A stretch of DNA of 64,000 nt, taken from the NCBI GenBank assembly GCA_009103225.1, contig RHPI01002076.1, positions 62,001-126,000 of the forward strand, written 5' to 3'. How positions within the stretch are numbered: the first letter of the stretch is position 1; every line of letters starts with the position of its first letter. The translations under genes were made by a program, and so were the position numbers. Of the stretch, positions 1 to 12,515 are shown in pieces. The DNA is from Chlorokybus atmophyticus (Eukaryota > Plantae > Mesostigma and Chlorokybus algae). A model generated the notes under the pieces. The model saw only the letters and a list, made by a program, of their open reading frames with translations, was not told where the DNA came from and searched no databases.

Positions 1-3000
1 CCAGCATGTCGCGGAGAAGACTCGAGCGAGGGTTGGACGGAATGGAGAGAGTCGTCATACGCTTTCAAGTCAGCTCTTCCTCTGCGAGTGTAAGTGACTC
101 GTGTGTAGAGTGCAACGCTGGTGGAGCATCGTGTGCGTGTGTATAAAGAGTATATTCTCACGCGTGCGCGTAGAAGTGCATGGCAATCGCATGCATGTAT
201 GCGCTGTGTCGAGGTCACACATACACGAGTGCACGCATGCGCACGCACGGATGTGCGCTTGTACGGGCGCACGCATTGACCCACACATACGCGCGCACGC
301 ACGCATGCACGCATGCATGCATAGAGTGAACCTCTCAACATATCTGCAACCAGTTTACTGAGTGCTTCCGCCTCCTTCTTGCTCTCTCCCGCTCTCTGCA
401 TCCTCGTCGTAATCTACACACCCACATCTCATCTCAGCCCCCACCCACGCAAACCCCTGCGTATGTCATCTCTTATCATCACCATCTCCAGCGCCTCTTC
501 CGCCTGACCCCCCTTCTCCCCCAGCGCCCTCCTCGGGCCCTCGACGGGGAGAAGATACACAACATAGGTAAATGCATTGCAGGATGTCTTACTGCGTATG
601 CGCTTGTAAGAGCGACCATGCGTGTGGGTGTGGGCGTGGGCGTGGGTGCATGTGACTGGGAGGACAGTTGGAACGTATCAATGCACACCGAGCAGGAGCT
701 GAGGAAGGCCACAACTGTCTGTAGTTTGTAAGTGACGTATAGTACAGAGAGTGTCATGTGTACATGTGCTTTGTGGTTATGACACGCTTATGTACACGCA
801 AACTACAAGCCCACGGCTATCCTCCAGGGCTATCCTCCTCATCCTCCTCCATCTTCCCCCCCCCCCTCAACATCTCCCTCGTCACTCCCTCAACCCCACC
901 CCATCCCACCCATCCATCCACTGCACCGAACATGCCTGGAGCAGCGCCGGGTTGGCTGACCTCAAGACGGGACGTGAATAGAGATAGAGTCGCACGGGTT
1001 CTAAGATGAGAACGAGGTGGAGGAGTTGGAACGGACGCGGGAGAAGAAGATGGAGTAGAGGGTGCGGTGGTGGCAATCATGCGGTGGTCATGCAGTCCTG
1101 GAGAGGGGGAATGATAATGAGGGTTTGAGTGGTTGGGAGTGGGGTAGTGCTAGGAGCCCTCCATTAGCGTGACATGTGTGTGTGTGCGCGCGCGCGCGCG
1201 CGCGCGTTCGTAAATGTATATGACATTATATGCGCGTGTGTGCGCGACGTTTATTAGCGTGCATATGTGTGTGCGCGCATGTGTGCGCGCGTGACGTGGC
1301 ATTTCATGTTCACGCACACAATGTCACTTTTGGTGGCGTACTTCTCACGCATTTGAGTAGCGACACACTAATGATGCTAGTTCAACACCACACGCCAATA
1401 CCACAACAACAGAATCAAACCCCACAAGGCCACACCCGGGTGGAGGGAGCCGACGTCGGGGCGAGAGAGGACGCGGTTGAAACGGGCCAGGGAGGGCAGC
1501 ATCTGACGGATGTGTATGTTACACATGTTGGACGTGGTGCACATGTTACAAGTTGTACCTCAAGGAAGAGGAGGTCCCGCTGTTGGTCTTCACGTGCGTA
1601 CAAGTGCATTATCGGTTTGTCAACCATGGCCTTGAAATCTTCCGTCGTCACAAACCTCAACTTCTCTCCCCCCGACACACCATTACCATTGCCACCACCA
1701 CCCTCACCCGCTCCCTTTCTCCCTGCCCGCGTACGTGACCCACACGCCGTCCTCCTTGTCTGAATTAACACCTCCAACGGTAGCGAGCTTGTCGGCTATG
1801 ATGGTGGTGGGAGAATCTAAGCCGTAGCGAGAGCGACCCTGCATGAGGTACGATTGTCAATGAAAGGAGCCCAACAATACATGTGCGCGTGAGTGAAGGT
1901 GTGTACTCGTGTGTGTGCGCGTGTCTACGTGTCCATATCATTGTACCGCGCATGCATGTGTCCCTGTGTGTGCGCGTGCGCATGTGTGCGACTGTAAGTA
2001 TGTCCCTATGTTTGCGTGCACGCGCGTGTCTGCATATGTTTGTGTGTGTGCACGCGCGTGGGCAGGCACCACACGTGTGCCTTCGTGCATCGCTCACTTC
2101 AACCCATTCGGTGTGTCGCGGTGTGAACTGATAACGCCTTTGGTCATCCTGCGAAAACTCCTTCCGCACCTCTTCATACGCATGCACCGCTCGCCGCCGC
2201 CACTCTCACGCACTGGCTCGGTGCTTGCCATGTCTACAGCAGGTGTCGTGCCCTCCAAACCAATTGCGCACAACACACCTGTTCCAACTCTCCCCTGGCA
2301 GGTGTGGCCGCCTGCGCTACTACTCTCATTAACCCCACCAGGCGAGGACTCAGGTTGTGTCTCCCCGCCGTGCTCGTGGGATGCATCGAAGCCACTATGA
2401 CGATGCATTCGAGCGGACCCGCGTTGCAAAAAACTCTGTAGGTGATTAGTTGTTGATGGAAAGATACAACCTGGGTGGTGTCGTATTTGTCTGGTTTGGG
2501 AAGGTTCAAGTCCTCCAACTGAAGGAACACGCGGCCACCTGTTGTGGAGACAGGTGCCTCACATACCTGCATGAGTTTCAATGATGTGGGCGGCAGTGGA
2601 TGGTGGCAACTGCCGTGCGTTTGAGGAGTTTGAACCAGGCCTGTGACACCGTATACATGACGTTGTATGAGCCAACAGTCGTACCCAACATGCATTGAGT
2701 TACGACGAGTGCTTGCCTCCAAGATTGTGCTTCTCTGGCACCCTGCAAGCCCCACAAGCAAGCACGGCGCACCGCCTCTCAGCCACGCCATGTGTGGCCA
2801 TACCTGCATGCAGAAGTGTGAGTGTGTGCGTCTGCGTGTGTTCGCACGCATGCGATCCTATCAACACAAACCGTTTTCATGTGCGCATGCACACACCAAT
2901 CAGCTCACTTCAACAGCACCACCCCTTCAATACCACATACCTGCTGGCACGATCGGTGAGGAGAGGTGATCGTGAGATTGTGCATACTCAGCTGTATACA

Positions 3001-3160
3001 CTTCGCTTGCATGGGCTCATACACCAGACTACAGAACGTGTCTCGATCTACAAAGGGCAAAAAGCTAGAGTTTATTGCTCGAATCAGCACTTTGAGTACA
3101 CACAGGCTGTTAACAGCCGCTTGCAGCAGATTGACAATACGTGGTGTTCCACCAAGCACT
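1..3160 (-). pseudogene. DYNC2H1: Cytoplasmic dynein-2 (IFT retrograde) heavy chain pseudogene, AAA3-AAA4-stalk region, running off the window start
   Basis: Minus-strand exon remnants occur in DHC1b order: LLVGLAGCQRS (degenerate AAA3 Walker A, ~2730), FKLLKRTAVATIHC, DLNLPKPDKYDTTQVVSFHQQLITY, YEEVRKEFSQDD..FTPRHTEWV, LYAREDQQRDLLF, LHLVLIL..ANPALLQACSVQWMDGW, ITTRMQRAGESKKEAEALSKLVA. Frameshifts and an in-frame TGA follow IHC (~2580-2600), with internal deletions relative to the recalled DYNC2H1 sequence. Confidence 0.8.
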
Positions 3161-4927
3161 CTCCACTTCTAGCAGTCACTCAGCTTAGGACGACCGATGA
3201 CAGTCGGTGCTCATGCACATGTCTTCAGTAAATGACAATAACATATATTAACATGTCTGCAACACTGCTGTCTCTACTACCACGATGTCTACTGCCTACT
3301 ACTCCTGGTCCAGCAGGAGCTCCTGCATTGTGTCGCACACATGGTCGTGGGCACTTTCGCGTTGGTTCAACAGAAGGACGTCACTCTCCTTGATCATTTA
3401 CACACTAATGTTACAAACACCAACACATGGCAAACAGTTCGTGCCCATGCCTAACCAATACGAGTTACATGCACTACACACATGCCACAGCGGCAGCAGC
3501 AACCTGCACGACGTTGATCACGGGCTTGCGCGCAAACTGGACGGCTTGACGTACGTCGCTGTCATGGCGTGGCTGGCCGCCGAGGAGGTGTGGACGGTTG
3601 TATGGTGTTTTGTATGGGTGGGCGGTGGTGGCCGCCCCGTGAGGGCAGTAAAAAAAGGTGTCTGCTGTGGCGCTTTAGCGGCACACCTCACTACGGGAGC
3701 AGTCCTTGCGACCCATGTCGCGAAGGTACTTGCGACCCTCTAGCTGCGTGGATGTTTTGGTGTTCGTGTTGTATGAAAGCGATGTGCATTTTCACTTGTG
3801 AGTGTGCGTGTGTTCATACGCATGTTTGCCGTCATGATGGTGGCATTCGTGTGTTTACTCAATAGCCAATGCGACAACCAACAGACCAAAACAGACATAC
3901 ATACACAATACAAAAGCTCTCGGCGTGCTGGTCTCCTTGACCTTGGTTGCGGAGTCGAACATGATACAGCCCCCTGCAACCACTTGCTGGTGCCGCCCTC
4001 CGCAGTAGCGAGCATCATCATCGGCTTCGCCAGCACCGCCTCCACCTGCTGCTCGCGTTACCGCTCCATGCGCGCGCCGTCCTCGTGTACTCGGAAGTCG
4101 CCGGTACCAGTGAAGCTCTTCTTTCTTCTCTGCGTGGAGGGCCAGGTTACAGCAGGTCCTCGCACGGACCTCCCCCATGGCATGTGCATTGTTAGGCTGC
4201 CGCTTGACTGGGCGGATGAGTGGGTGGGGGTGGTAGTCGCGTTATCCGCACCCCATGGGATAACGCAACTACTTGCTAGACCCGCTATCCTGTTGGTATC
4301 CTCCCGGCGAGTATTATTTGCACCTCCTTGCTGCTTGCGCAACCATAGTGCATGGTTAATAAACATCGTCGTACTCTTGCCTGCAATACAGAGCTGCGAG
4401 AGGCATTATCTGCTATATGAAAACTTCACAGAGCTTATAACTGAAAGTTGGCTTGCATTGGGCCACCAATGTGTCCACTCTAGCGGTCAAGCTGCCTCCA
4501 TGATGCACGCTATGGCATAGATTCCCACAGACTTGGAGACTCATGGCTGGTCCGACCTGAGTCAGGCCATATGCGCATGCCTAAGTATGCGCACGTGAGT
4601 GTGCCTGTGCCTATTCGCACACGCATGTGGGCACATGCAAGCGAGGGTGCGATCCATGCCCGCATGTTTATGCTGCTCACAATACAACGTCCTCCTTTGT
4701 CAACTTCGGGGTGGTGAAGCGTCCAACACGAGAGCGGTGCTGAAGCAATTCATCAGCAGTGAGGAGCTAATGGCGATCAGCTGCAGCATCGTCCCCTCAG
4801 TAGAGCGCTAGCACCCGCTGACCAAGAAATGTATCAGGAAGCGCTGGCCCACGTGCAACCCCGAGTTGGCACCGCGTTGAGTGGTGTGCGTGTGCGTGTG
4901 TGTGTGTGTGTGTGTAGTGTGTGTGTG

Positions 4928-5319
4928 NNNNNNNNNNNNNNNNNNNNNNNNNNNNNNNNNNNNNNNNNNNNNNNNNNNNNNNNNNNNNNNNNNNNNNNNN
5001 NNNNNNNNNNNNNNNNNNNNNNNNNNNNNNNNNNNNNNNNNNNNNNNNNNNNNNNNNNNNNNNNNNNNNNNNNNNNNNNNNNNNNNNNNNNNNNNNNNNN
5101 NNNNNNNNNNNNNNNNNNNNNNNNNNNNNNNNNNNNNNNNNNNNNNNNNNNNNNNNNNNNNNNNNNNNNNNNNNNNNNNNNNNNNNNNNNNNNNNNNNNN
5201 NNNNNNNNNNNNNNNNNNNNNNNNNNNNNNNNNNNNNNNNNNNNNNNNNNNNNNNNNNNNNNNNNNNNNNNNNNNNNNNNNNNNNNNNNNNNNNNNNNNN
5301 NNNNNNNNNNNNNNNNNNN
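4928..5319. other. Assembly gap (N run) next to a (TG)n microsatellite
   Basis: Run of N characters preceded by (GT)n. Confidence 1.
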
Positions 5320-6302
5320 GGGGACATGTCATTAACATGTCTGTAATTGCTGGCCCCAGGTTGCGGCTGAGGCTGGAGGACCCTATTGTGTAGTTTTTTC
5401 TATGCGAGCTGCTGGAGCCCATTGCGTTGAATGAGGTAAAGGAGTGCATTCTGTTCCAGCAATCTTGGGTGGGTCCGCTGCACAAGGTGCGAACGCAGTA
5501 ATGCTGTGACGACAAGGAGCACATATGTACTTGCTGCACGAGTCGACCACTTCTTCCAGGCCTGCACGGTGGAAAAAGTGGTACTGCGAAATGAACATGA
5601 ATGCCATTGAAGAGTGACGAACGTTCCTGTGTGCTCCATTTGCGCAGGCAAGCGCTGAACGGATTGGCCTTGCTTGCAAGGCACGCGCTTCAGCAGAGAG
5701 CTTGGAGTCAAACCAGCACTTGCATAAAACACGTTCACATAGCCCGGATTAGCATTGTTATCACGTGCAGCATTTATGATAAGCGCACCCATGGCATCCC
5801 TATCAGCTTAAACACATTTGCCGTTCGCATCTTCTGTTCACATGTAGCGCATCATGATGCTCTACTATACTGTATGAGTTGTTGATTCTACCAGTTCATG
5901 CTTGGCCCCCTATGAACTGGACATATCAAATACATTGGCAAATTATGTTATGTGCACCAGTGCTGGACGTATTCCATCCCTTAAACTCTGCAAGTGTTGT
6001 CTCCATACGGTCTCATGCGCATTGCTGAGTATGAGGGGCAACACAATATGCACCAAAGAGCAGCTTGGAGTAGGCATCCCACGCACAGATGCAACAGTGT
6101 GACAGTGTGCAAAGTGGGTGCTGTACAATTGCCTTGGCTTGCACTCATCTCATCAGAACATCGTAACATGCATATATCGTGCTCATGCAGCTTGATAAAA
6201 GACAACAGACCTAGTAAAACCATTGCACACAATGTTCTAGACAATCGGGGTGCAATCAGGGCATCTCCTTGTGCCCATGATTAGCAAGACTGTAACTCAA
6301 TG

Positions 6303-8863
6303 CTACAAATAAAGCTGGATTAATTCATCACTCACAGCAGAAGGCGTGAGCACTCCAAGATCAGTAAACAACAACGTGATGAAGTTAGGCGGTGTGTAAT
6401 CGCGAGACGGATTCTCCACGTCCACACCTGCGAAGTCAATCAATGAGGTTGAGGTCTAGAATTAGAACTGTTTACACACACGCGCACGTCTCATGCGCAT
6501 GCCTACCTGGAGGGAGCTTGTTGCCAAAATACACAGGCTTTGTTTCAACTGGAAGGTCCCTCTGATTCAACGGGTACAACCTGGCAAACTGCAGCAGCAC
6601 AGTCAGTCAACGTAGCTTACCATCATTCAGCTAGCAGCGCAACAATCGCAATCGCAAACGCAAACACACTTGGTCAAGAGAGCTGTTGCTGCTTGCCTTG
6701 TAACTTTCAGCAGCAACATAAAACGGGCGATGCAGAACGTGAGCCGCGATGGCCATCTGGTACGTGCCGAGCTTGTTGATGACGCCGCCATTCTCCACAA
6801 CACCCTCCGCGCCGACGAGGACAAGATCCACCTGCAGGTGCGTGTGCAACATGTTGTCATTTGTGTGGTTGGGATGGGGGTGGGGGGAGGGGTGCCCTTG
6901 GGTCTTTTGTGCCAGAAACTTGTACCTTGTCCATGATGAAGGCAACTGCCGAGTCCAGGATAAGCGTCACGGGTATTCCAGCATTGCCCAGGAACAAGGC
7001 CGAGCGGATGCCTGCGTTGTCTGGCCTTCCTTCTGCAGCCACAGGACAACTATGAAACAATGGTCATCACAACCACGAAGACGCTTGAAACGAGTACATA
7101 CCCGTGCATATGACTGAGAAATGAGTGCCGTGGTTGGCAGCGCGCAGCAGCATGGCCAAGACGCAGCGAGAGAAGCCATGGATCAGCACAGTGTTTCCGT
7201 CCCGTATGAAGTGCTCGCCCAAAGTAGCAATGGTTTCACGCGCCTGCTTATGCACAAGTAGCAACTTTGTTGAAGGCGCAGCCAACCGCTTGTCAATTGG
7301 CATTGCAAATGTTACCTTCAAGGACGTCTCTGCAAACATCTCCCCTCGCTCGATCAGGTGCTGTTTGCAAGTGGCCAGGTCTGCATACTCCAATGTGGAC
7401 TCCCTCGTTACGTACCGAATAAACAGCTCGCAACCCGCCGCCAACGAGATGCTTGTGGGATCGCACCGCTTCAAAGCTTCTGCAGCCTCTTTGAGCTGTA
7501 ACGCCCAACTCAGTCTAACCACAGAAAGATATACTTTTGTCTAGGCAAGAATTGTTCAAAGCACCTCAATCTCAAGCCCCATCATCGTGGATGCACTGCT
7601 GCGGCGTATTGCGGCTGTGAGTGCTTTGATCGCCGCCACAGCAACTGCCAATTCAGGCTGAAGCATCCAATCGTGAAACTCCTGCAGAAGCACAGCAGAA
7701 GACAGCACTTTACCCATTAGCAGATGCAACAGACACACCTTACCCAAGCATACCTTCACCACGACACCAGCGGACTCGCTGGTGGTTTCGCGCACATAGC
7801 TCCCGCTCCCAGTGTAAGAGTCTCGCCGAAGGGTGTTGCCAGAAGTGGAGGTGGCCTACATCAGTTCGATTGGGTTAGTTAAGCGCGAGGTACCACTAAT
7901 ACACATAAATTAACAGGACTCTGCTCATAGCCATCGTGCTGCTACAACTTTGATGCACTAGTAACTCTTACTAGTGAGCAATTGTGCAAGAGCGCTTGAA
8001 CGTAACAAGCAAACCATGCCAATTGAATGGATGAAAGCTGTGCACATGCAAGTGCGGCAGACTGTCAACTCGTGTGCTTCTTCGTCTTTGCAGTCTGAAC
8101 GCTCAGTGGGGGGCAACAGCGCATGTCACATGCTGCAACAACACTAGGCTGCAAAGAATGTCAGAATGCAGCTCGGTTTCTCAATTTGGCATGCTACAAA
8201 GGACTGTAGTCGGCGCCAAGCTGGGACATGGACAAACTGGCCATTTCGTGCAGCAGTAGCGTTAACGTGCATGAGACGTACAGCAGCAATTCAGAAGATG
8301 AGCGAGATAACATTGACACACGTAAACTGACAGGACCCTGCTGCTGTGTTTCAGTTATTGGTAACTCTGACTTGTTAGAATTTGTGCAAGAGAGCATGAA
8401 CGTAACAAGCAAGCATGCCGACTCAATAATTATGTCTGTGCACATGGCCATGCGGCAAACAGTCAGCTCGCGTGCTTGTTTCGATGGTAGGCAACAGCGC
8501 ACGTCGCATGCCAGCAAGGACCATCACGCGTGCATGCATGCATGCAGCTCGACCTCTCAAACCTTGCATGCTACACTGGATCGTATTGGCGCCAAGCTGA
8601 GAAGTGGACAAAAATAACCATGGTATGCAGCAGCGTTGATAAGCAAGACGCGACGACAACGACACATACTCTAGAGGCAGAGAACTTGTTTTGCAGAAAT
8701 CCTACGAGACGGCAGAAACAATGGCTCAACCACAGGCGACAGACACCCGGATCTTTGAACTCCGCACCTGCTGTGGAGCGGCAATCCTCTCCTGGTGCTC
8801 CTCCATGATCATGGATATCGACTTGTGAAGCGACGAGCCGCCAGGCCCCGTCGGCCATGCCAT
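6303..8863 (-). CDS. EIF2B1: Translation initiation factor eIF2B subunit alpha, 9 exons, ~361 aa
   Basis: Exons 8863-8768, 7855-7754, 7681-7565, 7495-7316, 7243-7102, 7032-6926, 6831-6697, 6588-6507 and 6427-6303 join in frame. Motifs [45 protein letters not shown] and [30 protein letters not shown] are present. Intron 6696-6589 is GC-AG. Confidence 0.93.
7890..8660. repeat. Diverged ~390-bp tandem duplication filling intron 1 of eIF2B-alpha
   Basis: Paired blocks: TGTGCAAGAG..GAACGTAACAAGCA (~7983 and ~8382), TGTGCACATG (~8039 and ~8437), GGCGCCAAGCTG..GGACAAA (~8212 and ~8588). Confidence 0.75.
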
Positions 8864-9924
8864 CCTTTTCGGCGCCGCCGCCGCCGCCGCCGCCACGCCA
8901 AAGGCACTCACAGCATAGAGGACGTTGATAGCTCACACAACCACAGCAGTCGCAAGCAGCTTGGCCGCCATCAACATGCGAAAGGTGATTTTGACTCACA
9001 GCAAAACATGCTTTCCGGAAGTATGCACTCCAGAAACGCAGAATCCTTGTTCGCCAAACACAATTGCATTGTGATTGGTTACATTACTTTGCATGCTACA
9101 AATATGACGATGGAAATTTTTTACTACATGTAGCATTCAGGCCAAAATATGTATATACGAGCAAATCTCGAGCATATGCCAATGTACAAAAGATGCAAGA
9201 GGGAATGCATAACATGCAAACCTACGTGCACATGCAATGCAACTAACACCACCAGCACTCACCACATCGACCACCGGGGCAAGGTGCCTACATGCTGCCT
9301 GCTAACTACCTCTAAGTCTACCACTACTGTGTATAATACGTAAACGTTGTTGGATATGCGTACAAGATATGCTGGCAGTAGTTGGAGACATGCATGACCT
9401 CACTCACAGCATGCCAAACAGCAACATGCAAGCACATCACCACACAACCACCGGGCTATACACACTGTTTGTTTCTCACTACACTACACTAGTCTAGACC
9501 GTATGTAGTTACTGTTCATATCTGCGCGGATGTCGATGCCTGGTAAAAACTACACATTGTAAGGGCTTTAGAACACAATGAACATGCTAACTGGCAGCAT
9601 ACTTGACGCGAGGTGGCACATTGGATTTTGCGCATCACTGATGCATCCATAAACCTCTAGAAGACACACTTCCACTCAGACAACGCATAGCATGCCAATG
9701 TGGCACAGTTGACTACTCTGCAGCAACAGTCACATCGTTGGTGTTATGCATGCAGAAGCAAGCAAATGAGCAATTACAACATCCTCGCTGCTTACACTAC
9801 CCCTGATCCGCGCCAAAGACACTATGATTAACGTGCAAAGCATGTGTACCAGCTCCTGCACAAAAGAATACTGGCATCTAACTACTAAACTAACAACTAC
9901 GCCATATTCACCATACAACAACCC

Positions 9925-11249
9925 TCAACTCAACTTCCACCATGGTTTCTTTTCAGCGCTTTCTTGCTGTTGTGAGACAGGGCTGAAGTCTGGCAATGGC
10001 GGTGCCGGGTGCGAGCTGAAGGTGTCAGACAGTGTCTCTGTCTGAGGAGCATGTCCTTCTTCCTTCTCCTTTGAACCAAACAAACCACCAAACAATGATG
10101 AGACTTTTCCGGCCACAGTTTCCTCGGGCGCACTCTGCAATGGCCACCAGCGCATCAGTTGTACAACCACCATGCTAGCAACGCATCAACAATAGGCAGA
10201 GCTGAGAGCTTGAGGGTAGAGTTACCTCTTGCGAAGTGGGGGCCCCAACTTGTGGAAGTGGACCTCCAAGGCCTGCGGGCAGAGGTGGCAACTCCTCTGT
10301 TGGCGGCGGAGGTAATTGTGCAGTCATTCTCGTGAGAAGTATGCCCGCACCCTCAATCAACGCCAACAAGACACCGCCAACTGCTGCTGACCGGGCAGCA
10401 CTTGGAAGCCCAGCGCGTAATTGCAGAAAGCCACCTGTAGCTGCTCCAGCCATGATGGAGTTCCAAGGATCCTGCCAGGCGTTCAGTTGAGTGGGTGACA
10501 GCATGGAGGATTACCGCAATTCGACCAGAACAACGATTCGGTTGCATCCACCTCAAGGTGATGAATCCAGACCAGCTTGACACGCAAAACACCAAATCAA
10601 TGCGTTCTAAACTTAGCAAATAAAGGTATCTAGATATACACTATACTGTACACAGCAATTACTAACACAATTGGAACACAGCAAACAGGCAGTTCTGCAC
10701 GAAGAGCAATTGGCTTAGCGCACCCAACACAACACATGATTGCCGAGTGTGCGTATAACACTGTCGAGCAAACACCATAGCACGCACGCTGCATGTGCAT
10801 GCTGATATAGATGCATGCAATCACTTGGCATGCACCATGCATCCAAAAGACAACTGCACCACTGGCAGATGTCTGCAAGCAGACACTACTTGCATCAAAA
10901 GAGCAATTGAAATGTGCCAACGACATGCAACACCATTCTTTCAACATTGCAACAAGGCTGATGAGCTCAAGTTCTACAAGCGAACCTCTTTTTTCCGGAT
11001 GGCGACAAGGGAGCAATCAAAGGTGGAGAACAGGCCGCCCCAGACGGCGAACGACCCGCCTATCCGGGGAGCGTTGAGCCTGAGAGCGCTAACTCCTCCG
11101 GCGAGCCGGTCGCCTCTAGGGCTGTTCTTAGCGCCCTTGATGATGTGCCAAAGACCCCCGCCCACAGCGCCCATGCCAAAGGCGCCCCCAACGTCGTCAA
11201 CTATGCGGTGCGGGCATGGCTCCCGTCCATGGTCTACCGCACCCGACAT
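9925..11249 (-). CDS. TIM17: Mitochondrial inner-membrane translocase Tim17 with plant-type C-terminal extension, 3 exons, ~239 aa
   Basis: Exons 11249-10986, 10471-10226 and 10134-9925, all phase 0. Motifs [61 protein letters not shown]. Confidence 0.95.
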
Positions 11250-11704
11250 CCCTCCTTCCTCCTGCTTACTCCTTGCGGTTAAGGCAGCTCAAGCGGCAAA
11301 GTCGCTGTGTCGGTCGCCTTTCCACCACCAGCTCGCACGCCCCAAGGTACAGAACATGCGCTGTGCTACTGCTTTTCCTTGTCACTTTACAAGCCAGCAC
11401 CGTTGCCTCCTCCCCTTTATCCACCAGGATTAGATAGATATCACACCTTTGGCCGCCACCGCCGCCGCCGCCGTGACCAGCTGTCTGCTGACGCCAACTC
11501 GGGAAGCGAAAAGCATTAGGGCGTCCGTGCGCTGCTGCTGGCAGCTCTATAACAGGAATGTTCTACGGAAGTCGTGGTTGACTTAACGGGACGGCCAGCA
11601 ATAGGTGCTGACAAAACAGACGCAGAGGTCATCGTTTAGCGTACAGCAAGGTACTCCGTACGCTCGCATGGTGGCATGTTGCATTGTCAATGCCTTGAGC
11701 AGCT

Positions 11705-12000
11705 TGACTTAAGTTAAGTGAAACCCTACTTAAGTTAAGCCCTACATAAGTGAAGCCCTACTTAAGTTAAACTCCACGTTGTTACCAAAATAGCAGAGGC
11801 AAGTTGACATTGATTGTGTGAGTGTAATTTTAAGCTTACAATAAATCTTCAACAAACATTATCATTATGTTAATGAATTATGATATGATGATATCAATTC
11901 ACGTACTTTAAGTATATAGGGCATTAATCTTATTCATGTGACATTGATTGTTACATTTATTCTAATGTAAGCTCTAATGTAAGCTCTAATGTAAGCTAAT
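11705..12000. repeat. AT-rich segment with short direct repeats (CCCTACTTAAGTTAA-like units; TAATGTAAGCTC x3)
   Basis: Repeat units visible at 11705-11770 and ~11963-11998. Confidence 0.6.
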
Positions 12001-12261
12001 GCAAGCCTCAGTAGCGCACTAACACATTACGATGCCATGTGCACTTATGAAAAAGCATAGTAATATTACGGTATTTTGCGTCTCGTGCTTGTCTACAGGT
12101 TCTGGCCAAACTGGTTTCAAATTTGGAGGTTACCGTTTAGCGTATAGCACATACACTTGTATTGAGACATGTTGCCTTGTTACTGCAAGCAACTATATAT
12201 ATAGCGACGGTGTCACGAATTGGGATAAATTGTGACAGACCTCACTCATGGTAGTGTCTTT

Positions 12262-12515
12262 TACTACCATAGCCTAGTGGTCGGGCCCCAATTGTTGCAA
12301 TGGTAACGGAGCTTGTTGTCTCTGGTTCAATTCCCGTAGGGGACTGAGACAGATCCAAAGCAAAAACAAAACATTTGGGGCGGCTTGCCCTAGGCTGGGC
12401 GACTTGCGCGCCGAGCCAGTTCAACCTAAGGCCGCGTGAGCGGTCGCGCTGCGATGGCAGGTCGCGCGGTGAAAGCAAAAACAAAAACATTTGGGGCGGC
12501 TTGCCCTAGGCTGGG
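12262..12515 (+). mobile_element. SINE-like element: degenerate tRNA-derived head followed by a duplicated ~43-bp body segment
   Basis: A-box TAGCCTAGTGG (12270-12280) and B-box GGTTCAATTCC (12324-12334). D-stem is pairable but the T and acceptor stems are broken. Direct repeats AAAGCAAAAACAAAA(A)CATTTGGGGCGGCTTGCCCTAGGCTGGG at 12357-12399 and 12472-12515. Confidence 0.45.

Noticed and set aside
1765-2131. Cys/Val/His/Thr-rich ORFs such as MCVRV.. and HTHTH.. throughout the window
   Set aside because: Translations of (TG/CA)n intronic microsatellites
4797-5539. Long ORFs spanning N runs (also 15880-16530 and 34801-36709)
   Set aside because: Artefacts of translating gaps as X
12262-12345. 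Functional tRNA gene
   Set aside because: A and B boxes are present, but acceptor, anticodon and T stems do not pair properly; called SINE-like instead
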